Part shown: positions 28,971 to 39,265 of the stretch, one piece after another | How the letters are laid out: every line of letters begins with the position of its first letter | How positions within the stretch are numbered: position 1 is the first letter of the stretch | Assembly (NCBI GenBank): GCA_965217775.1 | Contig: CBDCJH010000002.1 | Coordinates: 5,472,001 to 5,536,000, forward strand | Length of the DNA stretch: 64,000 nt | Direction: 5' to 3' | Origin: Acidobacteriota bacterium | Lineage (GTDB): Bacteria > Acidobacteriota > UBA6911 > RPQK01 > JAJDTT01 | The notes under the pieces: generated by a model | What the model was told of the DNA's origin: nothing | The model's database searches: none | Seen by the model: only the letters and a program-made list of their open reading frames with translations | Program-made: the position numbers and the translations under genes

Positions 28971-29019
28971 TCGCCGCCCCTTCGACCAGATCTAAGAATG
29001 GAGGGGCCGGGTCCCTGAG

Positions 29020-29625
29020 TCAGGTTCGGATCGTGGCCCGGCCCGGACTTATTGTGACATCTTTGATGCCGTACGGCATGGTGAAGGGCTTCCGGGGATC
29101 GACCGGGAGTTGAGTCGCCTCGATGAGACGGTCCATGAGCGAGTCCAACAGCATGGCGGGGAAGGTGACGCCATCCAGACTCAATCCCACCAGACGGTAG
29201 CGTCCGCGCCCATCCTCCGCCTCCAGGATTCCGTCCACTTCCACCTGGTGGCGCCCGCCAAGGAGTGCCGTCAAAAGGCCGGCCTCGGGAGCCTTCCGGC
29301 TCGAGACCACCTTGCTGAGGTCGACGTCGGCCTGAACCAGCAGACGATCCTGGCGGAAGACCACCCTCACCGATTCGACCCCCTTGGGATTGTATTTCCG
29401 CAAGCGGAAGGCCAGAAACGCGTTGAGATCTTCTTCACCGAGGACGTAGGTCTCGGGACCCGACTCGGAAGACTTGGATTGCGTTTCCAGCCGCTGGAGG
29501 AGCTGCTCCACCCGGGCCGCCGCCTCGTTCGGACCCCCGAAGGCGCCTTCAGAACCACCGGCCAGGAATGCGGTCGAAAGTACGATCCCGGCGGCTCCGC
29601 GAAGAGTCCCGGCGATTCGCTTCAT
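29020..29625 (-). CDS. Hypothetical secreted protein, translationally coupled to thiI
   Basis: Signal-like N-terminus; ATGA overlap with the thiI stop; E.DLNAFL and PYGIKDV patterns. Confidence 0.7.
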   Translation of the reverse strand: MKRIAGTLRGAAGIVLSTAFLAGGSEGAFGGPNEAAARVEQLLQRLETQSKSSESGPETYVLGEEDLNAFLAFRLRKYNPKGVESVRVVFRQDRLLVQADVDLSKVVSSRKAPEAGLLTALLGGRHQVEVDGILEAEDGRGRYRLVGLSLDGVTFPAMLLDSLMDRLIEATQLPVDPRKPFTMPYGIKDVTISPGRATIRT

Positions 29626-30839
29626 GACGGGCCGTTCCCGTGGCTGGGGATGGCCTCAGCCGCCGGCGATTCCGAGGGAAACGATTCGAAGATCTCCCGT
29701 TCGGTGCCTTCCAGTGCGGCCGCCACCAGCTCCTCCACGTCGAGAGCCGCCTCGATCTCCTCGATCGCCGCCGCTCGCGCGCGAGTCTCGGGGTGTTTGG
29801 GCACGAAAAGGGAACAGCAGTCCACGTCGGGCAATATGGAGACGGGAAAGGTCCCGATCCGCCTGGCCGTCTGAATGATCTCCTCCTTGTCGTCTCCCAC
29901 CAAGGGCCGGAGCACGGGCATGTCAACGGTACTGGAAATGACTGACAGGTTCGCCAGCGTCTGGGAGGCCACCTGACCGATGCTGTCACCGGTCACCAGG
30001 GCCAGCGCACCCTCCTTGCGGGCCAGCCTCTCGGCAATCCTCAGCATGAATCGCCGATAGAAGACCACCCGGGTCTCCGGGGGCGTCAGGGCGACGATCT
30101 GCCGCTGGGTGTGGGCGAACGGCACACGATAGAGGACGGACTGAAACTGGAACTGGTTCAACAATCTCACCAGCCGGCGAACCTTTTCCTGGGATTCCAG
30201 GTTGGTGAAGGGATAGCTGTGGAAATGGACGAAGATCACCGGGCAACCCCGTTTCATGATCTTGTAGGCGGCCACCGGGGAGTCGATTCCTCCTGAGATG
30301 AGCGCCACCACCCGTCCCGATGTGAAAACGGGAAGACCGCGGACACCTGGCAGCTTGGTGAAATAGAGGAAGGCGTACCGTTCCACGATGTCGATGTGGC
30401 AGGTCAGGTCCGGGGCGGTGAGGTTCACCCCTTTTCCCGAACGCTCGACCATATAGGATCCCAGAAGACGGTTCAGCTCGGGTGACGTCAACGGAAAGCT
30501 CTTCTGAGCGCGCCGGGCCTCGATCTTGAAGGTGCCAAACTCCCGATCCCGGACCAGCGTCCAGAGATTCCGCTCCAGATCCTCCAGAGATTGCCCCGAG
30601 AGCCACGCGGAAGCACAGGACGCCAGCCCAAAAACCTTCTGCAGACGTTGCCCGATCTGCTCATGTGGGGCGTCCTCGGGCACTTCGACCAGAATTCGGC
30701 CCGAGATCCGGCGGACCGACTTGTACGGATACCGTGCGAGAGCCTTGCGGATGTTCTCGCAAAGCCGCCTCTCGAAGAAGGCGCGATTCCCTTTCTTGAG
30801 GGCGACCTCATGGTAATGGCAGAGGAAGAAGCGGCGCAC
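29622..30839 (-). CDS. thiI: tRNA 4-thiouridine synthase ThiI (no rhodanese domain)
   Basis: EVALKKGNR, THUMP domain, SGGIDSPVA PP-loop, TGDSIGQVASQT, DCC; GTG start inferred. Confidence 0.93.
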   Translation of the reverse strand: MRRFFLCHYHEVALKKGNRAFFERRLCENIRKALARYPYKSVRRISGRILVEVPEDAPHEQIGQRLQKVFGLASCASAWLSGQSLEDLERNLWTLVRDREFGTFKIEARRAQKSFPLTSPELNRLLGSYMVERSGKGVNLTAPDLTCHIDIVERYAFLYFTKLPGVRGLPVFTSGRVVALISGGIDSPVAAYKIMKRGCPVIFVHFHSYPFTNLESQEKVRRLVRLLNQFQFQSVLYRVPFAHTQRQIVALTPPETRVVFYRRFMLRIAERLARKEGALALVTGDSIGQVASQTLANLSVISSTVDMPVLRPLVGDDKEEIIQTARRIGTFPVSILPDVDCCSLFVPKHPETRARAAAIEEIEAALDVEELVAAALEGTEREIFESFPSESPAAEAIPSHGNGPS

Positions 30840-30853
30840 CGCATCATTATAGA

Positions 30854-30883
30854 GGAGCGGCGATTTCCTAACCGCCGAACTCC
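30854..30883 (+). repeat. GGAG-type REP-like hairpin
   Basis: GGAGCGGCGATTTCCTAACCGCCGAACTCC. Confidence 0.7.
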
Positions 30884-31003
30884 GGTGGAACAATGTGGCG
30901 AGGCGGGAGCGGACGATTAATCAGCCGCCCCTGCAGTCGTCCACGCTGCCTCGGAATTTCGGCGCAAACGGCGTGGCCAACCGGGGTGCGGTAGAATCAC
31001 CGA

Positions 31004-31396
31004 ATGAATCGTCGCAACTGTCTTCTTGGTTTCCTGGGAATCGGGCTCTTCTCCGGCCGCGCTTCCCGTGCTGCCCATCACCAGCCGATCCAGCTTCACG
31101 TGGACCTGGAAGTGGACCCGGCCCGGGAAGGAGAGATGGTGGAGAACTTCCACAAGATCTTCCGCCCGGCCATCAGCAGCCAGCCCGGCTTCGTCGAGGT
31201 TCGCCTGATGAAACTGCGGCAAGCCCTGGCGGGTCCGGCTCCCGGCAACTTCAAGTACCGGCTCCTCATCAGTTTCAAGACCGAGGAGCAGCGCCAGACC
31301 TGGGTGGCCACGGACGAGCACCAGAGGGTCTGGCCCAGCATCGAGAAAACCCTCACCGGGACCAAGTACGGCGTCCTTCTCTACGACGTGGTCTGA
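31004..31396 (+). CDS. Dimeric alpha/beta-barrel (ABM-like) protein, possible Tat signal
   Basis: MNRRNCLL; F.P.I.SQPGF, ISF.TEE....WVA..EH..VWP. Confidence 0.7.
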   Translation: MNRRNCLLGFLGIGLFSGRASRAAHHQPIQLHVDLEVDPAREGEMVENFHKIFRPAISSQPGFVEVRLMKLRQALAGPAPGNFKYRLLISFKTEEQRQTWVATDEHQRVWPSIEKTLTGTKYGVLLYDVV

Positions 31397-31450
31397 CGCT
31401 TCCTGCGAGTCATTTCCTGTCCTCTCTCGTGGATTGCGGCTCGGAAGCCG

Positions 31451-32413
31451 TCAGGTGACGACGTTCCTCGGACGGCCCTCGAGAAAGGCGATGACGTTGT
31501 CCACGACGCCCTGATTCAGGAGGTCGTAGCCTTCGGGGGTCTGGTCCGCGCTGTGCGGCGTCAGGACCACTTGCTCGCAGTCCAACAACGAGTCGTTCGC
31601 AGGCAGCGGCTCGGTGTCGTATACGTCCAGGCCGGCGCCTCCCAGATGCCCTGAGTTGAGGGATTCCACCAGCGCGGCCGAATCGACGATCGCTCCTCGC
31701 GCCGTGTTGACCAGCAGGTTCCCCGGCTTCATCAGCGACAGTTCCCGGGCGCCGATCAGATGATGGCTCTCGGGAGTCAGCTTGACGTGGATCGTCACCA
31801 CGTCCGACACTCGCAACAGCTCGTCCAACTCCAGAAAGCGGACACCCAGCCTTCGGCTTCGCTCGGCGGACGGATTGAACGTCCAAGCCACCACCTCCAT
31901 TCCCAACGCCCGGCAGAGCTCGATCATCTTGACTCCGATGGCGCCGGTCCCGATGATGCCGGCGGTCTTGCCCCGCAGGTAGACGTTGTTCCTGCCTATC
32001 CACCGGCCCGCCCGCAGCTCGGCGGTCTGGTAGGAAACCCGCTTGGAGACGGCCAGCATGAGAGCGAGTGCATGCTCGGCCACTACCGCAGCCGTCATCC
32101 CGGGAATGTTGGAGACGACGATGTTCCGCTCCCGTGCCGCCTGCAGGTCGATGGAGTCGGTCCCGATCCCGCACACCGTGATGAAGCGAAGGCGAGGAAG
32201 TTGCTCTAACAGTTGGCCAGGCCATTTGACCGCGCCCCGGGAATTGATCATGACCTGCGCGTCCCGGACCCGGCTCAGTTTCTCGGCGTCGCCGCCGGGA
32301 GAAGTGGAGTAGAGGACCACCTCTCCATAGGGGCGCAGGCGCTCCAGGTGAGGGGATCCGGCCAGTTGCACCGGGTTGTCACCGGGGACCACGATCAGGG
32401 GTCTTTTGTCCAT
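31451..32413 (-). CDS. D-isomer-specific 2-hydroxyacid dehydrogenase
   Basis: GIGTDSID, VAEHA, GIIGTGAIG, NTARG, GLDVY..EP, TPHSA. Confidence 0.92.
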   Translation of the reverse strand: MDKRPLIVVPGDNPVQLAGSPHLERLRPYGEVVLYSTSPGGDAEKLSRVRDAQVMINSRGAVKWPGQLLEQLPRLRFITVCGIGTDSIDLQAARERNIVVSNIPGMTAAVVAEHALALMLAVSKRVSYQTAELRAGRWIGRNNVYLRGKTAGIIGTGAIGVKMIELCRALGMEVVAWTFNPSAERSRRLGVRFLELDELLRVSDVVTIHVKLTPESHHLIGARELSLMKPGNLLVNTARGAIVDSAALVESLNSGHLGGAGLDVYDTEPLPANDSLLDCEQVVLTPHSADQTPEGYDLLNQGVVDNVIAFLEGRPRNVVT

Positions 32414-32656
32414 TGGAATCGGTCCTTTCTTCTGGTTGGTGATAGGATCAGTGAAACTGTTTCGCACTCGACGACACCGTTGAGGACGCCTGATGATGAG
32501 CGGATATTTCTCTGTTTCGGCCTGCCTTTTCCTGCTCCCCTGGCATCTCGAATCGATGCCGGCTCGGCAGCGGCACTGCTCCACCGCCCGGAACGCCGTT
32601 CACAGTAGTCCCTTGGGACGGTACGCGGCAAGGCCCATGGACACGAGGCCCGCGAA

Positions 32657-33832
32657 GTGATCCGGCGCCGGGATTTCCTCAGGAAGGCCGCCGCGGCCGG
32701 GCTCATATCCATGACGGGGAGGACAGCCGCTGGAGCCGCCCGCTCCGGCAGCGGAGACCCGGGAACCGCCATTCCCGTCCCCTTTTCCTACGAGATCCCA
32801 CACACCCGATCCACGACTCCCATCCAAGGAGCCAGGATCTATCCCATGTCCAGCCCCTTCACCCGGACCGACACCCGAACCGGCCTGACCCGGAATGGCC
32901 ACGTCTACGCGGCCGGCAGCGGTTACCTCTGGGCGTCCCGGGACCGGGGCAGGACCTGGACCATGCGCAAACTCCCCGTGGGCACCGGAGGCGGGTTCGG
33001 AATCCTGAACGGCGACGTCTTCATTCTGGTCCACGACGCGCCCGATCACTCGGTCACCTACGTTCAGCGCTCCACGGACTACGGTGAAACCTGGAGCGAG
33101 CCCTTTCCCCTGGACGTGAGCCCCTACACCTTCAGCGGGTCCGGTTGGAGCGACGTCTACCAGCACCCGGACGGAACCGCCATGGTCACCGTGACGCTCC
33201 GCCACCGGGACGGGGTCGACGAATGGGACAACCCTCAGGTTCGCGGCTTCCACGACCACATCTTCCGCTCCCGGGACGAGGGCCTGAGCTGGGGCGACCG
33301 GACCCTGATTCTGCCCTATTCGGCCGAAAGCACATTGATGGCGGTAAAGGACTCGAACCGGATGTTGGCCTACATCCGAGCCCAGAGACCCATGCTTCAG
33401 GAAGATCCCCCCGACTTCCGGGAGCGGACCGGGGCTACCCCAACCGAGGAGTGGGTCCTGAAGAACGGCGTCGTCGCCGAGTCCGTCGACGGCGGCCGGA
33501 CCTGGGTGAACCCCAGGCTGTTTGACCTTCGGGGTAGCGTCCCGGGCGAGTTCGTCCAGGTCCCCGACGGGAGGATCGCCGCCATCTGGTTGCAGCGCTA
33601 CCCCTACGAGCTGGCCGAGATCCGGGCCCGCATCAGTTCCGACGGGGGACGGACCTGGGGGCCGACCACCTACTCCCTCATGCACGGTCACGGTTACCCG
33701 GACAGCGTCGTCTACTCTGACGGCACCATCGTGACCGTCTGCGAAAATACGGACTTGAATCACCTCGGCCGGGTGCTGGGAAGTCGAACCATGGCCGCGC
33801 TCCACTGGCGGCTTGGAGGGGCGACTTCCTAG
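32657..33832 (+). CDS. Tat-exported BNR/Asp-box (sialidase-like) protein
   Basis: RRRDFL; repeats SRDRGRTW, STDYGETW, SRDEGLSW, SVDGGRTW, SSDGGRTW. Confidence 0.85.
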   Translation: MIRRRDFLRKAAAAGLISMTGRTAAGAARSGSGDPGTAIPVPFSYEIPHTRSTTPIQGARIYPMSSPFTRTDTRTGLTRNGHVYAAGSGYLWASRDRGRTWTMRKLPVGTGGGFGILNGDVFILVHDAPDHSVTYVQRSTDYGETWSEPFPLDVSPYTFSGSGWSDVYQHPDGTAMVTVTLRHRDGVDEWDNPQVRGFHDHIFRSRDEGLSWGDRTLILPYSAESTLMAVKDSNRMLAYIRAQRPMLQEDPPDFRERTGATPTEEWVLKNGVVAESVDGGRTWVNPRLFDLRGSVPGEFVQVPDGRIAAIWLQRYPYELAEIRARISSDGGRTWGPTTYSLMHGHGYPDSVVYSDGTIVTVCENTDLNHLGRVLGSRTMAALHWRLGGATS

Positions 33833-33898
33833 TCGCCCACTGGGAGCGGCGGTTTCCAGCCGCCGAACGGGAGCGGCGGTTTCCAACCGCCGAACTCC
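33815..33898 (+). repeat. Tandem array of three GGAG-type REP-like hairpins
   Basis: GGAGGGGCGACTTCCTAGTCGCCC plus two GGGAGCGGCGGTTTCCA(G/A)CCGCCGAAC copies. Confidence 0.8.
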
Positions 33899-33973
33899 AG
33901 AGTAACAACGGAGCAAAATGGAGACGGGCAATAGAAGGCTTGACCTGAAAATCACCCCTACTAAGGAGTCGGC

Positions 33974-35221
33974 ATGCACCGATACCGCTTTCACTTAATC
34001 CATTTCCTATGGGCCTTGTTCCTGGGGTTCGGCTGTAGTCCTTCCGGAGCCCCCGACGGCGGGACCGACGTCGAGCCGGCCGCTCCCATCCCCTTCACCC
34101 CCAACGGCGAAATCCGAATCACCCGGGACAACCAAGTCATCGGAACCCTCCCCGCCGAATACATCCCCCTCGACTATCCCGACATGCCCTGGCGGGGTGA
34201 CCCCGGCATCGGAATGACCCGGGACGGACGTATCTACGTCGCCCTCTATGCCCGGATTTTCCTCTCCCGCGACGCCGGAAAGACCTGGGAGAGCCGACCC
34301 ATCGACGTGGAGTCGCTGGACCCGCCGATGCGAGCCGACAACTATGACTCCTTCGGCGTGCTCCGGGACGGCACCCTGCTCTGGGCCTACCGCGCCGACG
34401 ATCCGCCCACCGACTTCCTGCTGCGAAGCACCGACGGCGGCGAGTCGTGGCACCCCTGGAGCCGGTTGGAAAACCTGTCGCCGTTCATCCGGGCGGGAGG
34501 GAACCAGAACTGCCTGCTGGAGCTTCGGGACGGCACCCTTCTGTGGCCCACCATCATGGCGGCCCAACGCGCCTATGACCACAATGAGGACGCCTCGAAG
34601 CCGCCGCCCACCACCTACGTCTTCCGCTCCACCGACGGAGGCAAGAGCTGGGAGGAGAAGCACCCGCTCCAGGAATGGGGAACCGAGACCAATCTGCTGG
34701 AAATGAAGGACCGCCGTCTGCTGGCCGCCATCCGTTACCAGCGCGTATTCGAGGCGCCGCCCCCCCAGAACGAACCGCCGGTTCTGATCGAGGAGCACGC
34801 CCGGCGGGAGATGCAGAAGAGCATCGTGGGAAAACGGGTCTTCCTGGCGGACTCGGCGGATGGGGGCCGGAACTGGCAGAATTTCCGCCCCCTCTGGCGT
34901 CATACGGACGGCCCCATGGATCTGGAGTTCGGCCAGGCGCACGGCCACATGGTTCAGCTCTCGGACGGGACGGTGGTCCTGGTGGTGGAAGACCGCTACC
35001 CCTATCCGGAGGGGGACGTCAGGGCCCGGATCAGCCGGGATGGCGGACAGACCTGGTTGCCCGAGGTCTACCATCTGAGTCCGGGGCACGGCTACGGCGG
35101 CAGCGTCGTCCTGGAGGACGACACCATCGTGACCGCCTTGGGGAACACTCGCCTGGACGAGAGAGGACGCCCCACCGGAAGCTACACTGCCCAGATCGTC
35201 CGGTGGCGTTTGCCCAACTGA
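33974..35221 (+). CDS. BNR/Asp-box (sialidase-like) lipoprotein
   Basis: Lipobox-like FGC; SRDAGKTW, STDGGESW, STDGGKSW, SADGGRNW, SRDGGQTW. Confidence 0.85.
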   Translation: MHRYRFHLIHFLWALFLGFGCSPSGAPDGGTDVEPAAPIPFTPNGEIRITRDNQVIGTLPAEYIPLDYPDMPWRGDPGIGMTRDGRIYVALYARIFLSRDAGKTWESRPIDVESLDPPMRADNYDSFGVLRDGTLLWAYRADDPPTDFLLRSTDGGESWHPWSRLENLSPFIRAGGNQNCLLELRDGTLLWPTIMAAQRAYDHNEDASKPPPTTYVFRSTDGGKSWEEKHPLQEWGTETNLLEMKDRRLLAAIRYQRVFEAPPPQNEPPVLIEEHARREMQKSIVGKRVFLADSADGGRNWQNFRPLWRHTDGPMDLEFGQAHGHMVQLSDGTVVLVVEDRYPYPEGDVRARISRDGGQTWLPEVYHLSPGHGYGGSVVLEDDTIVTALGNTRLDERGRPTGSYTAQIVRWRLPN

Positions 35222-35255
35222 ACCCTGCGGAGAGCGTTGCCGTCACCGTGACCGG

Positions 35256-36821
35256 CTATCTGAAACGAATCGAGTAAAGGTCCGCGTCCTTGAGGACGAA
35301 GCGGAGGCGGACCGGTTGCCCCGCCAGGGAGGAGACGTCTGCCCCGTTTCGCCAAGTAGCGACGCGCTCGATCTCGTCCCCCACGATCTCCAAAGAATTC
35401 TCCAGCGCATAGCCGGCGATGGGCTCGCCGCTGGGCGACTGGATCTCCACCCGAACGCTGCCGGCGGCGGACGTGGAGGTGTTGAGCACCAGTTCCTTCC
35501 CCGAGAAAGTGAGCGGACGGGTCACCATTTCTCCACCGTCATAGGGAGCGTTGACCGACGCGAACCCGTCCACTCTCAAGACGTACCGCCGGATGTGCCA
35601 GTGGCGGGTGCCGGCCTCCCGGGTGACGTACATGGAGATCTCCCGCGGGCCGGTGGGCACCACGCCGCGAAGGGCGTAGGTGGTGCGCGTGATCCAGTTC
35701 CGCGCTCCCGGTCCGGGACGAATGAAACCCTCCCGGAAGGTCGTGTCATAGTGGTTGCCGGGTCCACGCGTGGTCATGAGGACCGTCTCCGAGCTGTCCA
35801 TCCATCTTCCTTCCGGAACCCCGGCCGTCCGAGCCTCCTCGTCGGTCAGAACCTGGCGGCCCACCATGAGCCGGGCCGGGAAAGCGAGATAGATCTGAGG
35901 CGCCCGGTAATAGGGAAGCGTCAGGTTGATGTAGAGGTGGTTCTCCGGAATGGTCCCGCCGTCCCCGAAGGTCATGGGTTGGAACTCGGACCACTCGAAC
36001 AGATTGGGGGCCGTGAGCCGCCCGATGGCCCGCCGGCCCACCGATCGATTCGGGGAGGTGAAGTAGCGTGAGTAGATGACGTACCGCCGCTCGATCTCCG
36101 ACCAGAAAAAGGAAAAGTCACCGTCCAGAGTCCCGTACAGGTTGTCCCGGAAAAGCGGCCTGTCTCCGAGTCTCTCCCAGGCCTTCCCATCCTCGGAGAC
36201 CCAGGGGATGACGTCGGTGGGAGATCCCTGCCACAACCCTCGCTCGTTCACCGTGAGCTTCCGGGCCAGTTCCTCTTCGGTGGGATTTGCCCGGTGTCCT
36301 TCGTTCAACTTGAGCGCTATGAGGCGCCGACCGGGAGGGACGCCCGGCCGGGTGTCGAGATAGACCCTTGCGGCAGGCTCCAATAGATGATCGTAGAGAT
36401 ACTCGCCGCCGGCGGTCCCCACCAGGTTGTTCTGCCGGCTGCCGTCGACGTCGATCAGGCTTAGCGCCGGCTTGGTCCAGTGGATCCCGTCCCGGCTCTC
36501 GGCATAGCAAAGCTGGTTGGAGCCGTGGTAGTACATGAGGTACTTGCCCCGGTGCAGGATCACGGTCTGGCCAAATCCGAGTTCGCCTTCCCAGGGCCGG
36601 TCGCCCCGGACCACCGTTTCCGCAGGCCTGGGATGATGGAGCTTGAGGCGAGCGCCCTTCAGGCGATCGATGAGGTGATGATCGACGAACAACTCCAGCC
36701 GGTCTCCCATCTCGACCAGGACCGGCCGGTTCAAAAGGGCCGGAGTTTCGGCGGCGGTTTCCTGGGCCGTGAGGAATACGAATAGGGGCCAGTGCAGGAA
36801 GAAAAGTCGGTAACGCAGCAT
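35256..36821 (-). CDS. GH32/GH43-like beta-propeller plus C-terminal beta-sandwich, secreted
   Basis: ELFVD, YAESRDGIHWTKP, RVDGFASV, LAGQPVRLRF; paralog of 48229-49764; start inferred. Confidence 0.75.
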   Translation of the reverse strand: MLRYRLFFLHWPLFVFLTAQETAAETPALLNRPVLVEMGDRLELFVDHHLIDRLKGARLKLHHPRPAETVVRGDRPWEGELGFGQTVILHRGKYLMYYHGSNQLCYAESRDGIHWTKPALSLIDVDGSRQNNLVGTAGGEYLYDHLLEPAARVYLDTRPGVPPGRRLIALKLNEGHRANPTEEELARKLTVNERGLWQGSPTDVIPWVSEDGKAWERLGDRPLFRDNLYGTLDGDFSFFWSEIERRYVIYSRYFTSPNRSVGRRAIGRLTAPNLFEWSEFQPMTFGDGGTIPENHLYINLTLPYYRAPQIYLAFPARLMVGRQVLTDEEARTAGVPEGRWMDSSETVLMTTRGPGNHYDTTFREGFIRPGPGARNWITRTTYALRGVVPTGPREISMYVTREAGTRHWHIRRYVLRVDGFASVNAPYDGGEMVTRPLTFSGKELVLNTSTSAAGSVRVEIQSPSGEPIAGYALENSLEIVGDEIERVATWRNGADVSSLAGQPVRLRFVLKDADLYSIRFR

Positions 36822-36851
36822 TTGGAGTTTCTCCAGAGGAGGATTCGGCTC

Positions 36852-38138
36852 ATGATACTGGAAGAGGTGAGAGACACAAGACGAAGAATCGACATCGCCC
36901 TGTTCCTGGCAGCGGCCGGTTTCCTCTCTTGCGCGGCGCCGCGGAATGAAAAACCACCTCCTGCGTCCGCTGCCATTCATTTTACCGAGCATCTGATCAT
37001 GGACGGGTACACCTATCCCTTCGGAATCGCCGCCGCGGATCTGGACGGGGACGGCGACCTGGATCTGACCAGCGCCGACGCGCTCCCGCACAACGACCTC
37101 TACTGGTTCGAAAACGACGGGACGGGGGACTTCACCCGCCGTTTCATCCAAAAGGACGACCCCGAGCGTCTCGAGCGGCACGCCGTGGGGGACATCAACG
37201 GCGACGGGCATCCGGACGTGGTGATCGTGAAGAACCTGCACGGAGACCTGCTCTGGTTCGAAAACAGCGGCAGTCCCCGGGACGGAGAGCTTTGGAAACG
37301 GAGAAACATCGCCAAGGGAACGTTGCCGGGCGCGTACGACGTGGCGCTGGCCGATTTCGACACCGACGGCGATCTGGACGTGGCCGCCTCTTCCTGGTGG
37401 TTGGGCTACCAGTTCGCCTGGTTCGAAAACCCGGGGAACCCCATGGACCCGGCGGTCGAAGCCTGGGATCAGCACCTGATCGAAGGCGATCTTCGGGAGA
37501 CCACCACCATTCGGGCCGCGGATATCGACGCCGACGGCGACTGGGATCTGCTGGCCACCGCCGCTCCCGAGGAGATCGTCCGGATCAACGGTGCGGAAGC
37601 CGGCGACGCCGTCGTTATCTGGTACGAGAACAGTGGCCTCCCGGCGTCCGGACCCTGGAAGAGACACATGATTGCCGAAGCACCGCGGGCCCTCCACGGA
37701 CAGCCGGTCGACCTGGATCTGGACGGCGACCTGGACGTGGTCATGGCCGCTGGCCGGGAGCTCACGCCGGGGCAATCGACCCACTCGGTCCTCTGGTACG
37801 AGAACGCCGGCGACCCGGCCGAGGGTCCGTGGCCGGTCCACGTGATCCGGGAGCCCTACCAGAATGCGTTCGAGGCGGATGCCGCGGATCTGGACGGCGA
37901 TGGAGACGTGGACGTGGTGGCCACCGGTTGGGGCCAGCCGGGCCGTGTCGCCTGGTTCGAGAACGGGGGCGACCCCAAGGGCGAATGGACCATGCACGTG
38001 TTGAAGGACAATTGGCGGCGGGCCAACCAGGTCATCATCGCCGACCTGGACGGAGACGGAGGCCCGGACCTTGCCGCCGTGGCCGAACGGGGCACTCTGG
38101 AATTCCGGTGGTGGCGGAACCAGGGTAGACAGCCATGA
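36852..38138 (+). CDS. FG-GAP/VCBS repeat lipoprotein
   Basis: Repeated DLDGDGDLD and WFEN/WYEN units; FLSC lipobox-like; start 36852 or 36867. Confidence 0.85.
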   Translation: MILEEVRDTRRRIDIALFLAAAGFLSCAAPRNEKPPPASAAIHFTEHLIMDGYTYPFGIAAADLDGDGDLDLTSADALPHNDLYWFENDGTGDFTRRFIQKDDPERLERHAVGDINGDGHPDVVIVKNLHGDLLWFENSGSPRDGELWKRRNIAKGTLPGAYDVALADFDTDGDLDVAASSWWLGYQFAWFENPGNPMDPAVEAWDQHLIEGDLRETTTIRAADIDADGDWDLLATAAPEEIVRINGAEAGDAVVIWYENSGLPASGPWKRHMIAEAPRALHGQPVDLDLDGDLDVVMAAGRELTPGQSTHSVLWYENAGDPAEGPWPVHVIREPYQNAFEADAADLDGDGDVDVVATGWGQPGRVAWFENGGDPKGEWTMHVLKDNWRRANQVIIADLDGDGGPDLAAVAERGTLEFRWWRNQGRQP

Positions 38139-39265
38139 AGATCGTGGAAAGAGGCATCCTGGCCGAGAGCGAGCCCGGCACCGACCGCGCCGTGACCACC
38201 TTTCCGGCGCTTGCCGTCCTCGCGGGCGGCGGCCTCCTGGCCACCTGCCGCGCCGGGTCCAGCAAGGATGGCGCCGACGAGTGTCCCGAGCTCTTTCGTT
38301 GGGACGGGGAGGCGCGGCGTTGGAGCGCTCCGAGCCGCCCCTGGACGGCCCCCACCGTGGACGGAGTGCGGGGATCGCTCAAGATCTGCTACCTCACCGA
38401 GACGGCGCCGGGACGTCTTCTGGCCGCCGGGATGTGGGTGGACCGCCAGACCTACCCGGGCGGTGGGCTGTTCAACCCGGAGACCGAAGGCTGCCTCCCC
38501 ATGGCGGTGATCCTGGCCGAGTCCGACGACCAGGGGAGGACGTGGTCGCCATGGCGGGTCGTTCCCATGCCGGAAGAAATCGGTCCGCCCAGCCTGACCA
38601 GTCCCGTCTTTCGCCTCGCCGATGGAAGGCTCGGGATGAGCATCGAGAGCAACAAACACTACGACGACGGGTCCAAGTGGTACCAGAAGGTGGTCCTCTT
38701 CCACACCCGGGACGGAGGTCTGACGTGGGGAGATCCGGTCGTGGCCGGTGAAGACCCGAGCGGACGCATCTTCAACTGGGACCAGCGCGTCGGGGTCGCG
38801 CCCGACGGCCGGATCGCGGCTTTCCTCTGGACCTACGACAGTGAGGCTAACAAGTATCTGAACGTCCACCGGCGCCTGAGCGCCGACGGCGGCCTCACCT
38901 GGTCCCGCGCTCAGGATCTGGGTTTCGCGGACCAGGCCGCCCATCCGGCCATCCTCCCCGACGGCAGAGTCGCGCTGGCTTGGGTGGACCGGTACGGGAC
39001 CCACTCCATCCGGGCTCGGCTGGCCCGGAGCGTGGACGCGGATTTCGATTCGGCCAGCGAGGTGATTCTCTACACCCACGGCCCTTCAGGGTCGCAGGAC
39101 TCGCCGGAGGATGAGACCGGAGAGCTGCTCTCGGAGATGTCCCTCTGGAGCTTCGGGTTGCCGTTCGCCGAAATCCTTCCCGACGGGAGTGTGATGGTGG
39201 TCTACTACGCTGGCGACGCCGACTCCATGAGCTGCTACTGGGCCCGCCTGGATCCGGATGCCTGA
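38135..39265 (+). CDS. BNR/Asp-box (sialidase-like) protein without signal peptide
   Basis: SDDQGRTW, TRDGGLTW, SADGGLTW; ATGA overlap with the upstream gene. Confidence 0.82.
   Translation: MKIVERGILAESEPGTDRAVTTFPALAVLAGGGLLATCRAGSSKDGADECPELFRWDGEARRWSAPSRPWTAPTVDGVRGSLKICYLTETAPGRLLAAGMWVDRQTYPGGGLFNPETEGCLPMAVILAESDDQGRTWSPWRVVPMPEEIGPPSLTSPVFRLADGRLGMSIESNKHYDDGSKWYQKVVLFHTRDGGLTWGDPVVAGEDPSGRIFNWDQRVGVAPDGRIAAFLWTYDSEANKYLNVHRRLSADGGLTWSRAQDLGFADQAAHPAILPDGRVALAWVDRYGTHSIRARLARSVDADFDSASEVILYTHGPSGSQDSPEDETGELLSEMSLWSFGLPFAEILPDGSVMVVYYAGDADSMSCYWARLDPDA

Noticed and set aside
33815-33898. Tandem ~27-bp repeats as a mini CRISPR array
   Set aside because: No unique spacers, only 2-3 units, no cas genes, and the same hairpins are dispersed between many genes
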